From Octopus vulgaris (taxonomy: Eukaryota), in assembly GCA_951406725.2 (NCBI GenBank), contig OX597817.1, positions 143,902,001-143,966,000 on the forward strand: DNA of 64,000 bases, written 5' to 3'. Shown here one piece after another: positions 49,387 through 62,996 of the stretch (the first letter of the stretch is position 1; the number at the start of each line of letters is the position of its first letter). The notes under the pieces are model-generated. The model did not search any database and was not told where the DNA came from. It saw nothing but the letters and a program-made list of their open reading frames with translations. Made by a program: the position numbers and the translations under genes.

Positions 49387-50520
49387 GAAATTTCGGAAAT
49401 CAGCCCTAGGAGTCTAAATAATTCAGACAGGATCTTTATCCTCCTCCCATTGCTCAACCCTGTCATGTAGCCTATGTATATAGATGGCCACATTGGACCA
49501 CTTATGCACAGTTTACTCTACCATCATCCTCTGCTCCTAGACAACCTGTCACCATTGTGTGTTACTCTGATGGCTAACTTATTCTTGTTCCTTCTATCTT
49601 GGGCATCCATGGCCTCAGTTATTTCTCTGCCAGTCACCTTGTATTACCTTGGAAATACAAATCTATCTCAGAATACTAAATACTTCAATCACGCCACTCT
49701 TTATCCCACATCCCTCTCACGACTTATCATTGATGCCTCTATCACTCATCCTTCTAACTCTACAAAGGGGTTGGTGATCAAGCAGAGACAGGGTGTTGTG
49801 GTGTTGTTTTAGTCTTGTCAAGGACATGACACTACTCAACTTCTGGTGCCAGATAAAAAGAAGCCAGCATATTCTGTAAAGTGGTTGGTGTAAGGAAGGG
49901 CATCCAGCAGTAAAAAAAATGGTCAAAACTGAAGCACAAGTGTAATGAGGTCTTCTGGTCTATCTGAGAAGACACTCGTAAGCACATGTTGACTGACTGC
50001 AATAACCTATCCAATCCATACTAGCATGGAAAAGGGACAAAGATGATGACAATGTTGATAATTATGATAATGATGGTGGTGGTGGTGTGTGATAGTCATT
50101 GTTTATTGTCCACTTTTCCATGTTTGCAAATGTAACTAAGAATTTGTTGAGGCAAATTTTTTTACAGTTGGATGCCCTTCCTGTCACCAACTCTCACCTG
50201 TTTCCAAGCAAAATATTTTTCCATGGCCAGACCTGTTTTTCACAGCAGAATGGAAACAAACAAAAATGCTTGTATGATGGTGCGGCTCATTTACAGTCAT
50301 CACATGATGTCAAGATAAGGGTACACACACACACAGTAAGCTTCTTCTTGTTTTTGTCTATGAAATCCACTCACAAAGGCTTTGGTTGGTCTGGTACTAT
50401 AACAGACGACACTTGGCCAAGGTACCATGCAGGCAGGACTGAACCCAAAACCACATGTTCAAGAAGCAACCACACCTGCACCTATATATACATATACACC
50501 ATAGACACTCATTATTATAC

Positions 50521-50915
50521 TTTTCTACTCTAGGCACGAGGCCTGAAATTTTGGGTGAGGGGGCCAGTCGATTAGATCGATCACAATAGGCAACTGGTAC
50601 TTAATTTATCAACCCCGAAAGGATAAAAGGCAAAGTTGACCACAGTGGAATTTGAACTCAGAACGTAAAAACAGATGAAATACCTATTTCTTTACTACCT
50701 ACAAGGGGCTAAACACAGAGAGAACAAACAAGGACAGACAAACGGATTAAGTCGATTACATCGACCCCAGTGCATAACTAGTACTTATTTAATCGACCCT
50801 GAAAGGATGAAAAGCAAAGACGACCTCGGTGGAATTTGAACTCAGAACGTAGTGGCAGATGAAATACCGCTATGCATTCCACCTAGCATGCTAATGTTTC
50901 TACCAGCTTGCCACC
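50521..50915 (-). mobile_element. Dimeric SINE B
   Basis: Same GAAATACC|TATTTCTTTACTACC junction as ~32133; AGACAC..ATTATTAT repeated on both flanks. Confidence 0.8.
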
Positions 50916-51262
50916 AGACACATTATTATTATTGGTGATGGTTAGCAGAATCGTTAGCATGCTGGGAAAAATGCTTAGTGGCATTTCATTTGTTTTTACA
51001 TTCTGAGTTCAAATTTTGCCGAGGTCAACTTTTGCCTTCCATCTTTTCGGAGTTGATGAAATAAAGACCAGTTGAACACTGGAGCTGATGTCATTGACAA
51101 GCCTCATCCCCTGAAATTACTGGCCTTGTGCCAAAATTTGAAACCATTATTACACACACACACACACACACAATGTGTCAAAAGAAAGAAAAGTGAGAGC
51201 TCATGGCTCAGAAAGATGTTTGTTTCTTGTATTTGAAGTTGTATTAAAATAGTCAGGAACAT

Positions 51263-51584
51263 TGTTTGTTCCTTCTCAAGCCACGCCTGGCTCATAAGGG
51301 CTGGTTTCCCGGTTTCCTTGGCACATAGGTTCCCCACCTGGATGGGACGCCGGTCCATCGCAGGTGAGTTGCTAGATGCAGGAGGAAAGAGTGAGAGAAA
51401 GTTGTGGTGAAAGAGTCAGCAGAAGTTCGCCATTACCTTCTTCCGGAACCACGTGGAGCTTAGATGTTTCACTCATAAACACACACACACACACACATCG
51501 CCCGGTCTGAGATTTGAACCCACGATCCCCTGACCGCGAGTCTGCTGCATTAACCACTAGGCCATGTACCTAGCGACACAATAT
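51263..51584 (-). mobile_element. SINE with family F head/body and alternative tail, 11-bp TSD
   Basis: TSD GTCAGGAACAT at 51252-51262 and 51585-51595; shares GAGAGAAAGTTGTGGTGAAAGAGT with 4473-4855. Confidence 0.8.
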
Positions 51585-53117
51585 GTCAGGAACATACTGG
51601 AATATATTTCTACTGGTTAGTTGGCAGAATGACTGTTATTCTCCTTCACTCTCTCTTTCTCTCTGTACTTCTCTCTCTCTCTCTCTCTCTCTCTTTCTCC
51701 TCCTCTCTCTCCATGGAAACATGTATGTATGAGTGTGTTTGCATAAATGTGATTCTCTGTGTACATGTGTTTGCATGTGTGTGTATATTATTCCATGTAC
51801 ATATGCATGTGTGTATGTGTGTGTGCACATTATTCAAATATAAAATGGAATCTGGGTTCCACAAGCCATAAAAATTTAACAACCCCAATCATTTTAAATA
51901 TTTTCTTTTCTTATCATAATTTTTTCTTGAGCTAATTTTTTTTTTAATCTTTACATTATGAAGACAATCAAAGAGAAATCACTTGGAACCTGATGCATTC
52001 ATAGCTTTTACCAAGGTCTGTTAGAAACTAAAATCCAATTATTTGCAATTCCAAATTCGAAATCCAACCAAGATCTTTGATGGGACAGATTAGGTCTTGG
52101 AGTAAATAAATATTGATTCAGAGTAAATAGCTGCTGATTGATTCAAAGAATGTTTGTTGAATTCCTTGAGATGGGAAAAACGGTAATAATGAATCCCAGT
52201 ATCATGTCATTACTGTCTTGTGTAATCTCATCTTACACACAGCACTGACAGCGGAACCAAACTGCAAACATCCAGCCCCCATCCTGTCACATATGCACAC
52301 ATGTAAGTATAGTCGACATATTGGGCATAGATCTGGTTGGCATCATGGCTGTGTGGTTATATATGTAAGTGATACGACATGTCTCTATATATAGTTCTAT
52401 GTTTAAGAGAGAGGAACTATGTACATTCATCATCATCATTTACATTTGACCTCATCTTGTTTGTTAACACAATGTTTCGGCTGATATACCCTCCAGCCGA
52501 AGGAATTGCTGGATTGTAAGAAAATTAATTCAAGTGCCTGACTTGGGGTCCTAATTATCAATATACTTTAATTCAAATGAAGCCTTCAAATAATTGTGTA
52601 TATCATCATCATCGTCATTGTTTAATGTTCGCTTTCCATGCTGGCATGGGTTGGGTGGTTTGACTGAGAGTTGGCAAGCGAGAAGGCTGTACCAGGCTCC
52701 AATCTGATTTGGAAGTTTCTACAGCTGGATGCCCTTCCTAACACTAACCACTCCGAGAGGGAATTTGAATTGTTTATATATCAAAAAATGTATAAAGTCG
52801 AAACAAATTGTTGGCTTTTTAAAAATAATTGTTAATGCACGTAAAAAGCGCCAACCGATTGTGGTTGGTGCCAGCCTGCTCTGGCCCCCGTGCCAGTGGC
52901 ATGTAAAAAACACCCACTACACTCACGGAGTGGTTGGCGTTAGGAAGGGCATCCAGCTGTAGAAACACTGCCAGATCAGATTGGAGCCTGGTGCAGCCAT
53001 CTGGTTCGTCAGTCCTCAGTCAAATTGTCCAACCCATGCCAGCATGGAAAACGGATGTTAAACGATGATGATGATGTTATATTATATCATATTATATTTA
53101 CAGTATATTATGTTATA

Positions 53118-53505
53118 TCTTTATATATAAAAGTGAAGTAGTGTGTCTGTCTCCTACGATTTAGATTCCTAACTACTCCCACATTTTGCGGTGCAGTTTA
53201 ACCAAAAGCGGGTATCTTATAGTCGTGATTCATATCGAGCCCTTCTGGGTATTAGCGCGCGTCTACGATGAGTCTACGATTTAAAAAGAAATTTACCATC
53301 ATTTTTTTCCATTTTAATGCATTTTTTCGCTATTATATAAGGGAAGTAACTCTCTAAAAATGTCTACGATGAGTCAACGATTTAAAAAAAAAATTTACCA
53401 TAACATTTTTTTCCATTTTTAATGCATTTTTTGCTATAACTCTTTAAACATGCTTATATAGTTATTTCCCTTACAAACCTGAGCAACGCCGGGCGATACT
53501 GCTAG
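53118..53505 (+). mobile_element. Non-autonomous Helitron
   Basis: A|TCTTTATATATAAAAG ... CCTGAGCAACGCCGGGCGATACTGCTAG|T; internal duplicated block. Confidence 0.85.
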
Positions 53506-53514
53506 TTATAATAT

Positions 53515-53890
53515 AAATAAATTATTGGATTGTGATTTGTATCTCTATTCAATTTGTTTGTAATTTGCATTACACCCATATTTATGAGGTATTCAACTGA
53601 AGTACAGGTGAAGTGGATGTTTTACACACCCCTTTGAAGGAATTCCTTTCCTTAGTTTATCACCTTATATATACTTTATTATTATTATTATTAAAGCTGC
53701 AAAAACATCACAAAAAATTGCTACTCAGAGTTTCACGTTGCCATTCGGACAGTTTAGATTGCTTTTACTACTACTACTCCATCAATCAATCTAAACTGTC
53801 TGATAAACAGGAGTGTGAAACTCTGAGTAGCAGTTATTTTGGTTCGTGGGAAATATGAGTATAATACAAATTACAAACAAATTAAATTAA
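53515..53890. mobile_element. Fold-back element with degenerate hammerhead motifs in both arms
   Basis: Inner arms 53719-53761 / 53787-53832, outer arms 53551-53583 / 53851-53883; AACUGU-CUGAUAA-ACA(GGAG)UGU-GAAA-CUCUGAG-UA^-GCAGUU at 53794-53835. Confidence 0.7.
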
Positions 53891-54030
53891 ACGATGATGA
53901 TGATGATGATGAATTGATCCCGGTACTTGGTTTTTAAGACTGGTACTTGTTCTATTGGTTTCTTTTTGCCAAACTGCTAAGCAACTGGGGTATAAACAAA
54001 CCAACACCAGTTATCAAGCAGTGTTGGGAG

Positions 54031-54221
54031 TGCGGATCCGTGGAATAAGCTGCCAGACGAGATGGTGAAGATGCCGACGACCGCATGGTTCAAGGTCTCC
54101 CTTGACCTCAAGTGGCCTGAACTCTTTACATGAACACCACCCTGTACATAACTCCATGTCCCCCTACATGGCCTTGCTTTTTGCTTTTTGAGCCAAAAAA
54201 TTAACTAACTAACTAACTAAC
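54031..54221 (+). mobile_element. CR1-type LINE 3' end nested in an old SINE A
   Basis: ADPWNKLPDEMVKMPTTAWFKVSLD (WNxLP...FK..LD motif), short UTR, (CTAA)n tail. Confidence 0.8.
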
Positions 54222-55199
54222 AAACACAGGTACACAACAGGAAAAGCATACCTGCAAGAGGACAAAGGAAGCTATTCAAAGATGTGATGGGAATCTTTGG
54301 TAAATAACTGACACAAATGGAGATGAGTCATCTATGATGAAGACCATTACTTCAATGTGGTCAATGCCAAACCTCTCAAGAATAAGTTTTAGTGTAAAAT
54401 GAAGCACAAAGTGACCAGTATGCTTCTCTTCTTGAGCAGACTTGTGAATTTTGCAATGGCCCACGTAATTACATAAGGGTCCACAGCAGTTAAATCTGGT
54501 GGATATCAATCCTTGACCACAAGGGATTGCCAATAACACTGCAACAACAAGAGTACCAAATTGCTAGAAATAGCAGCTTCAGTCAAACTTCCAAAGAAAT
54601 AACAGCTAAATTTCTCCCAAATTACAAAAGAAATACAAGACAGGATGGCCACAAAGGGAAAGCTTTTGATCCTAAGTGAATTTTATCACACTGACCATGT
54701 ATTGTCCAATAGATTCTTATTTATGGCAGTGGGACGTGATAAGAGAGCAATTTGGTTACTATTTCTCTACTGGTGTTAGAGAAGAGGAGCAGGAGGAGGC
54801 CGAGTAGAAGTGGCAGTGGTGGTAGTGTGAGATGAGGGACAATGTAACTGATTAAGATTAATGATGTTTCATTTGAAATGTTGTAGATAAATGGAGTAGT
54901 AGTAGTTGCTGTTGTTGTTATTGTTGGTGGTGGTGGTGGGGTGAGTGCTAGGTTGAAGCTGGTTGTAGACAAACTATGAATGATGGAGAGATCTGAAGAA
55001 GAGAGAGATCAGATAAAATACTCAAATAGATATGGAGGAGAAAAAAATCTAAAGAATGATGATTAAAGCAAGAGATAAAAGTGGATTAACTGGTTGTTGT
55101 TGTTGTTATTGTGTTTTAGCCAGAGGTCAGTGCAATCAAAGAGACTGAAAGTCAAAAGCTTTCCTTCTGTGACCATCCTGTCTTTTGTGCTTTTTAAGA

Positions 55200-55620
55200 C
55201 AGCGCTAAGAGTACCATACGAGTGAGATCGTTGCCAGAGCAACAGGCTGGCTTTCATGCCGATGGCAAGTTAAACACACCATTCGAGCGTGATCGTTACC
55301 GCGTCGCTTTACTAGTACTTGTGCTGGTGGCACATGAAACATTCGAGCGAGGTCGTTGCCAGTGCCGCTGGACTTGCTCCTGTGCAGGTGGCACATAAAA
55401 AGCACCATTTGAGCGTGGCCGTTGCCAGTACCGCCTAACTGGCCCTCGTGCCGGTGGCACGTAAAAGCACCCATTACACTCTCAGAGTGGTTGGCATTAG
55501 GAAGGGCATCCAGCTGTAGAAACTCTGCCAGATCAGATTGGAGTCTGGTTCGCCAGACCTCAGTCAAATCGTCCAACCCATGCTAGCATGGAAAGCAGAC
55601 GTTAAATGATGATGATGATG
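55200..55620 (+). mobile_element. RTE LINE 3' UTR (family C)
   Basis: Conserved body and (GAT)n tail. Confidence 0.8.
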
Positions 55621-56615
55621 AAGACACGTGGTTAGGGATATTTGGTTTATGATCATAAGGTCATGAGTTCGATTCCTGGCAGTGCACTTTGTGCTTGAGC
55701 AAAACACTTTATTTTTCACATTGCTCCAGTCCACTCAGCTGGGAAAAATGAGTTGTACCTCTAATTACAAAGGGCCATCCTTGTAACATTCTGTGCCACA
55801 CTGGATCTTCCTGAGAACTAACTACATTAAGGGTGCACATGTCTGTGGAGTACTCAGCCACTTGCACATTAATTTCACAAGCAGGCTCTTTCATTGATCA
55901 GATCAACAGGAACAATTATCATAACCGGTGGAGTGTCAGTAAAGACAGTAGGGTGTGATTAGGGAGAGATTTAGTTGAGTTGCTGTTTGTCTGGAAATTT
56001 GAGCGATTTTTTTTTTGAGGGTTCCACATTGGTTGCTATTTCTAACAGCTTGAGGTACTTTAGTGTTATCCTTGTCACTGGCAATCCTTAACTAATATCA
56101 TAGCTTTTTATTACTAATTGAACAACTGTCCCCCCAACATCACTTGACAACCGATGCTGGTGTGTTTATGATCCCGTAACTTAGTGGTTCAGCAAAAGAG
56201 ATCAATAGAATAAGTACTAGGCTTACAAAGAATAAGTCCTAGGGTTGATGTGCTCGACTAAAGGCGGTGCTCCAGCATGGCTGCAGTCAAATGACTGAAA
56301 CAAATAAAATAAAAGGCTATCAGATGTTGCTACACATCGCTGGTCACAATGCGCTTCGCATTGTTTTAGCCTTCAAATGACGCCATCACGCTGGCTAAGC
56401 GAGCAGGCCAATGCTGGTGTGTTTATGTCCTCGTAACTTAGCAGTTCGACAAAAGATATTGATAGAGTAAGTACTAGGCTTACAAAGAATAAATCCTGGG
56501 ATCAATGTGCTCAACTAAAGGCGGTGCTCCAGGATGGCTGCAGGTCAAATGACTGAAACAAGCAAAAGAGAGTAAAACGAGAGTAACTGTCTTCAAAGAA
56601 GATAAACCACCTTAA

Positions 56616-57254
56616 TCCTTTAATATTTAAACCAACCATATCTGGTTCGAATGTTCTACCTGTTCTGCATTAAAACTGGTCAGATCTGGCTTCTTACACT
56701 TTCCCTACAATGTCATTCTACATATAAGCAATCATGTCATCGAAATCTTGAAGCTATGAGATACTCTCTTTTACTCTTTTACTTGTTTCAGTCATCTGAC
56801 TGTGGCCATGCTCGAGCACCGCCTTTAGTCGACTAAATGGACCCCAGGACTTATTCTTTGTAAGCCTACTACTTATTCTATCAGTCTCTTTTACCGAACC
56901 GCTAAGTTACAGGGATGTAAACACACCAGCATTGGTTGTCAAGCGATGTTGGGGTACAAACAGACACACAAACATATACACACACACATACACAAATATA
57001 TATAAATATATACGACGGGCTTCTTTCAGTTTCCGTCTACCAAATCCACTCACAAGGCTTTGGTTGGCCCGAGGCTATAGTAGAAGATACTTGCCAAAGG
57101 TATCATGCAGTAGGACTGAACCCGAAACCATATGGTTGGTAAACAAGCTACTTACCACACAGCCACTCCTATGCTTCTCCTAATGCATGACTATTTCAAA
57201 ATGATGTCAATAAATAAGCATCACATTTAGCAGAGTAATCCAAATGCTAAAGGG
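56616..57254. mobile_element. piggyBac-like MITE interrupted by SINE A (56763-57170, -)
   Basis: Degenerate TTAA|TCCTTTAA ... CTAAAGGG|TGAA ends; homologous to 36053-36273. Confidence 0.7.
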
Positions 57255-59219
57255 TGAAATACTATTTAATCCACACATGATTCTAATGATCAGACTGAAG
57301 GAGAGTGCTTGAAGAAAAATCAAAGAATTGGCAGAAGAAAGTAATACACTTGTCGAAAGGAGAATGAGGCAGCAAACCAGAAATTGGCATAGATTAAAAG
57401 AAAAAAACTTTGAGAATAGCCTGGAAGACAGACGTTAAACGATAATGATGATGATAGAAGCTTCTACAGTAAAACACTTGTGCTTGTCACTCTATCTTAC
57501 TTTTGCCTTCAACACCTGGTGTAAATCCACCTCCCCCTCAGTCAGATACACTCTCACTTGGTTGAAAGGGACTTTTATCCTTTTCTTTGCCTTACAAATT
57601 ACTCAGCAACCTCACTAATGCTGGTGCCACAAAAAAGCATTCAGTACACATTGCCCTGTAAAGTGATAGGCATTAGGAAGGACAGCCAGCAATAGAAAAC
57701 ATGCCAAGGCTGACATTGGACCACGATGCTGTCTTCTGGCTCGTCAGATCCTATTAAACTCTCCAATTCATGGAAGACAGATGTTAAATGAAGATGACGA
57801 GATGGATGGATGGCTATAGTGGATGGTTATCGCCTGTCAATGACATAAATATGAATGCTTTTACGCAATATCAGTCCATATGAGAGGTCCTCTCATGGAA
57901 AATAAAGCAGCATTTTGTGTTCTAACACAACTTCCACATGAAGTGGGAGATAACAATTTTGACACTCTCTGTTATGACAACTAGGGTTCCAGTTAATCCA
58001 ATCAACAAAACAATCTACTCATTAAATTAATGTGCAAGTGGTTGAATACTCCACAGACACACATACCCTTAATATAGTTCACAGAGGGATTCAGAGTGAC
58101 ACAGAATGTGACAAGGCTGGACCTTTTGAATTACAGATACAACCCGGTGGCACGTAAAAAGGACCCACTACACTCTCAGAGTGGTTGGTATCCAGCTGTA
58201 GAAACTCTGCCAGATCAAGATTGGAGCCTGGTGCGGCCATCTGGTTTGCCAGCCCTCAGTCAAAATCATCCAACCCATGCTAGCATGGAAAGCGGACGTT
58301 AAACGATGATAATGATGATGAACCCATTTTTGCCAGCTGAGTGAACTGGAACAACAGGAAAAATAAAGTGTCTTGCTCAAGGACATGCCAATGCCACCAG
58401 GAATTGAACTCACGACATCAAGATTGTGAGATAGATGCTTGCATGAGCCAATGAGCAAGCCCTTACATGCTAGCCAGATTTGATAGAAATCACAGCCAAA
58501 TCTTCCTCAAACCACACACTACAGCTTTAGGTGTGTATCTATAAATGTATGAGTGAATGTGGTTGACTTGTACATGATAGCAAAACCTGTTAAAAATAGA
58601 AATCACATCATAACAGTGTGATGTTTGTATAAGGGTATGAGCTTAACAAGGGAGACCTCTGCATGACAGCTACACCTGACAGAAATAGCAGCTAAATCTC
58701 CCTCAATTTACAACCTCCCATTTTAGTAAAAGAAGACACTGCATTATGTAATCTTTCTTACAATGTGTCTAATTACAAATGGGATGGTCATGGTTAGAAT
58801 ATCATTGATCATAGTTCTGCACAATCTAGGTTGTCCTGGGGTTAAATAACAATGCACATTATTCACATTTCTCTTCAAGAGTCACTGAAGAAGCCTACAA
58901 GTGGTCCTGATCTGTTAGAAATAGCGGCTGAATCTCCCTCAAAATGTACCCTAATTTTAAATTAAAAAAAAATACATTAGATTATTTACCACTAGAAATA
59001 TGGGATGGTCATTGCTGGAGCGTCTTTGATCATAGATCTGCTCAATTATGTTCGAAGCAGGTCTAAATAGCAACGACAGAAGCCTTCATATTACTTTCCT
59101 ATACCCAGGTATCAGATATACAAGAGATACATTGTTTGGTGTCCATGCTAACTGCTGTGTCCATGGCAACTGGTCTGTGCTTGAGTTCTGAGACAGCTGA
59201 GATCACTAAGGAGTAAAGA

Positions 59220-59252
<33 letters not shown>

Positions 59253-60353
59253 AGAGAGGAAGAAAAGTGGAGAGAGAAAGAGAGAGAGGAGAGAGAGAGG
59301 AAAAAAGTGGAGAGAGAAAGAGAGAGAGGAGAGAGAGAGGTAGACATACATACTTATGAAATATGGATTGAAAGAAAAGAAAAAGGAGAAATGGATTTGC
59401 TTATGAATATTTATGATGGAAAGAGCAAGAGAAAGAGTGAGAGAGAGACTGGGAAAGAAAAATGAAAAGGTAATGTTATTAATATTAATAGATGGAGAGA
59501 GAAAGATAGATAGAGAAATAGTGAAAGAGATAGAGAGAAAGAATGGGATGTTTATGAATATTCATGAGATGTAGAGAGAGGGAGGGGGAGAGGGGGAGAA
59601 AAGTAGATGTACATACTTATATGGATTGAAAGAAAGTGAGAAAAAAAGGGAGAAATGGGTTTGCTCATGAATATTTATGAGATGTAGCAAGAGGAGTGTA
59701 GATGAAAGGAGGTGGAGTGGGGAGAGAGAGAGAGAGAAATATTGAAATCTCAAAGGAGTTGTTTGTTAATAAACATATTTTTCTACTTAGATATTTGATA
59801 TAGAGATGGAAGGATGATGGTGATGATGATGATGATGGTGGTGGTGATTGTGACGGTGATAGTGATGTTGGTTGTGAAGATGATGTTTATAATGGTAATA
59901 GTGGTGATGACAACGATGATGATGATGATGATGATGATATCAGTTGTGAAAATCATATTAGTGATGATGATGATGATGATGACAATAGTGATGGTTTGTT
60001 TGACAACTGATACGAGGCCACAGACCTGAAGGTGAGAGTGCAGTTGACTGAATAAACCCAATTACATAACTGGTATTTGTTGTATTGATCCCAGAGGTAT
60101 GGAAAGAAAAACAAAACATAATCTTGCTAGCATTTGAACTCAGAACAAAGAGGGACAAAACTAAATACAGTACAACATTTAATCTGCTGTGTGGTAACAA
60201 GCTTGCTTCCCAGTCACATGACTCTGGGTTCAGTCCCACTGTGTGGAACCTTGGGTAAGTGTTTCCTACTGTAGCCTCTGGGCCAACCAAAGCCTTGTGA
60301 GTGGTTTTGGTAGACAGAAACTGATAGAAGACCATTGAGTGTGTGTGTGTGTG

Positions 60354-60870
60354 CATCATCATCGTTTAATGTCCGCTTTCCATGCTAGCATGGGTTGAAC
60401 GATTTGACTGAGGACTGGCCAACCAGATGCTGCACCAGGCTCCAGTCTGATCTGGCAGTGTTTCTACAGCTGGATGTCCTTCCTAACGCCAACCACTCTA
60501 AGAGTGTAGTGAGTGCTTTTACGTGCCATTGACACGAGGGCCAGTCAGGCGGAACTGGCAATGGCCACGCTCAAATGGTGTTTTTTACATGCCACCTGCA
60601 CAGGAGCCAGTTCAGTGGCACTGGCAACAACCTTGCTCAAATGATTTTTCAGTAAGGCGATGCTGGTAATGATCATGCTTGAATGGTGCTTTTTACATGC
60701 CACTGACACAGAAGTCAGTTAGCTGCTCTGGCAATGATCACGCTTGGATGGTGCTCTTAGCGCTCCACTAGCACAGAAGCTAGTCATCGATATCGATTTC
60801 ACTTGCCTCAACAGGTCTTCGCAAGCAGAGGTTAATGTCTATAAGTATGCATAAGTGGGCTGGTTACATC
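60354..60870 (-). mobile_element. RTE LINE 3' UTR (family C)
   Basis: Long-form UTR like ~17800-18413. Confidence 0.8.
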
Positions 60871-61343
60871 TAAAAACTCTTCAAAGCAGTGTTCCAGTAT
60901 GGCCAGTCTAGAGACTGAGACAAGTAAGAGATAAAAGATCAACTTCAGTTTTTGTTTCATACTTTATTCCCTCTACCCGAGAGAGACAGAGATGAAAGGC
61001 CAAGAGGCCCTTTTATTACTGTATTTTTTTTTTAGATGCTCTGTGTTTCCTTCAATTAATTTTAAATATCAGAAAGAATTTAGTAAAATAACTTGGCTAT
61101 CATTCAGCTAGTGTTAGGAACATAAATTGTGACTAAGATTTGGTGGAAGATTTTAATTCAAAACTTATGAAAACAAGACAATTTTTGTGATTTTGTTATA
61201 TGTTTTATAAAAATATATATATAATTTGTTATTTATGTTTTGGTCTATCATTGCTTGAATTGCATAATAGTGGTTTTATCTCTCATTTATATTTTATATA
61301 TTTATTTTGAAATTTGATTTAATATTAAATTGAATTTTTCCCC

Positions 61344-61398
<55 letters not shown>

Positions 61399-61937
61399 AG
61401 CTAAGAATCCACACAACCAGTTGCTATAGCAGATGGATCACTTCTGTCAGCAATATATCTATGAATGCTTTTATGCACCATGAGTCCATATGAGAGATCC
61501 TCTTAAAGCCATATATGAAATTATATCTTTGGTTGTTGTAACTGGCACCACTGCCAGTGACATGTAAAAAGCACCTTTTGAGCGTTGGGCCTTATGGAGG
61601 CAATGCGGTAGATGCTGGCGTTACATAACTAGCACCTTCTGTACCCTGGGCCTCATGGATGCAATGACAAATAATGACATGCTTGAAAAGAAGACCCATC
61701 AAGCCATGTGAAATCATAGTCGTGGCAGATATTGGTGTCACGTAAATGGCACTCGTGCCAGCGGCATGCCTAAGGGCCTATTACACTCTTGGAATGTTTG
61801 GCGTTAGGAAGGGCATCAAGCCATAGAAACTATACCAAATGAGACTAGGGTCTGGTGCAGCTCCTCAGCTTACCAGCCCTGATCAAACTGTCCAACCCAT
61901 GCCAGTGTGGACAATGGACGTTAAATGATGAAGATGA

Positions 61938-62310
61938 CAGGAATGGCTGTGTGGTAAGAAGCTTGCTTCCCAACCACATGATTCCGGGGTTCAGTCCCAC
62001 TGTGAGGCACCTTGGGCAAGTGTCTTCTACTATAGCCTAGGGCCGACCAAAGCTTTGTGAATGGATTTGGTAGATGGAAACTGAAAGAATCGGTTGTATA
62101 AATATGTGTGTGGGGGGGGAGTTGTCCCCCCCCTCCCCACCATTGCTTGACAACTGATGTTGGCATGTTTATGTCTCTGCAACTTCAAGGTTCAGCAAAA
62201 GAGACCAATAGAATAAGTACTAGGCTTACAAAGAATAAGTCTCGAGGTCAATTTGTTTGACTGAAGGCAGTGCTCCAGCTGTGGTCAAATGAATGAAACA
62301 AATAAAAGAA
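61938..62310 (+). mobile_element. SINE family A
   Basis: Head-to-tail match. Confidence 0.85.
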
Positions 62311-62629
62311 ATAAGATATATATATAGGAAAGTTTCTTGTCGAAGATACGTCTTGCTTTTATCCTTCAAAACGTAGAGTAGATGAAACCATAGCGACTGA
62401 AGAAGGGGTTTTTTCTTTGTGTTAATTGTCCTGTACTCTATTTTTTTGTTGTTTAAAAAAATGTCCAGTTCCTTTGGTTTGTGTCTATGTTTTCGTTTCT
62501 CATTGTGTTCGACGTCCTTTTGGTGTCCTGTACTCATATATGCGTGTATATGTACATGTAGAGGTAGGTACGTACATATATGTTTATATATATGCATATG
62601 TTTTATTTTATTTATTAATATATATATAT

Positions 62630-62996
62630 AATTTAAAATGAGGGTGAGAAATTGGATATTAATTTAATTAACATCAATTTAACACCTATGGTCTAGCATA
62701 TAAAATCTGAAGGTTCAGTAAATTGTATTATATACATATGAGAGGGATGACCACTATATGGACAACCCTTGTGCTAGAAGTAGATCCGCTATGGTCTTAC
62801 CACTAAGAAATGTTCTCAAGAAAAATTTAGCAAACATGTATGTGAATAATCTATATTTTGTTACTTTTCATCTGTCTTGCTTGCTTAGGTCCTGGTGTTT
62901 GCTATATTTTTCTTGAGAACATTTCTTAGTGGTAAGACCATAGCAGATCTACTTCTAACGTAAGGGTTGTCCACATAGTGGTCATCCCTCTCATAT
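62630..62996 (-). mobile_element. Fold-back AT-rich element (arms 62736-62836 / 62896-62996)
   Basis: 101-bp inverted arms plus unpaired extension homologous to ~790-880; within (TA)n. Confidence 0.75.
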
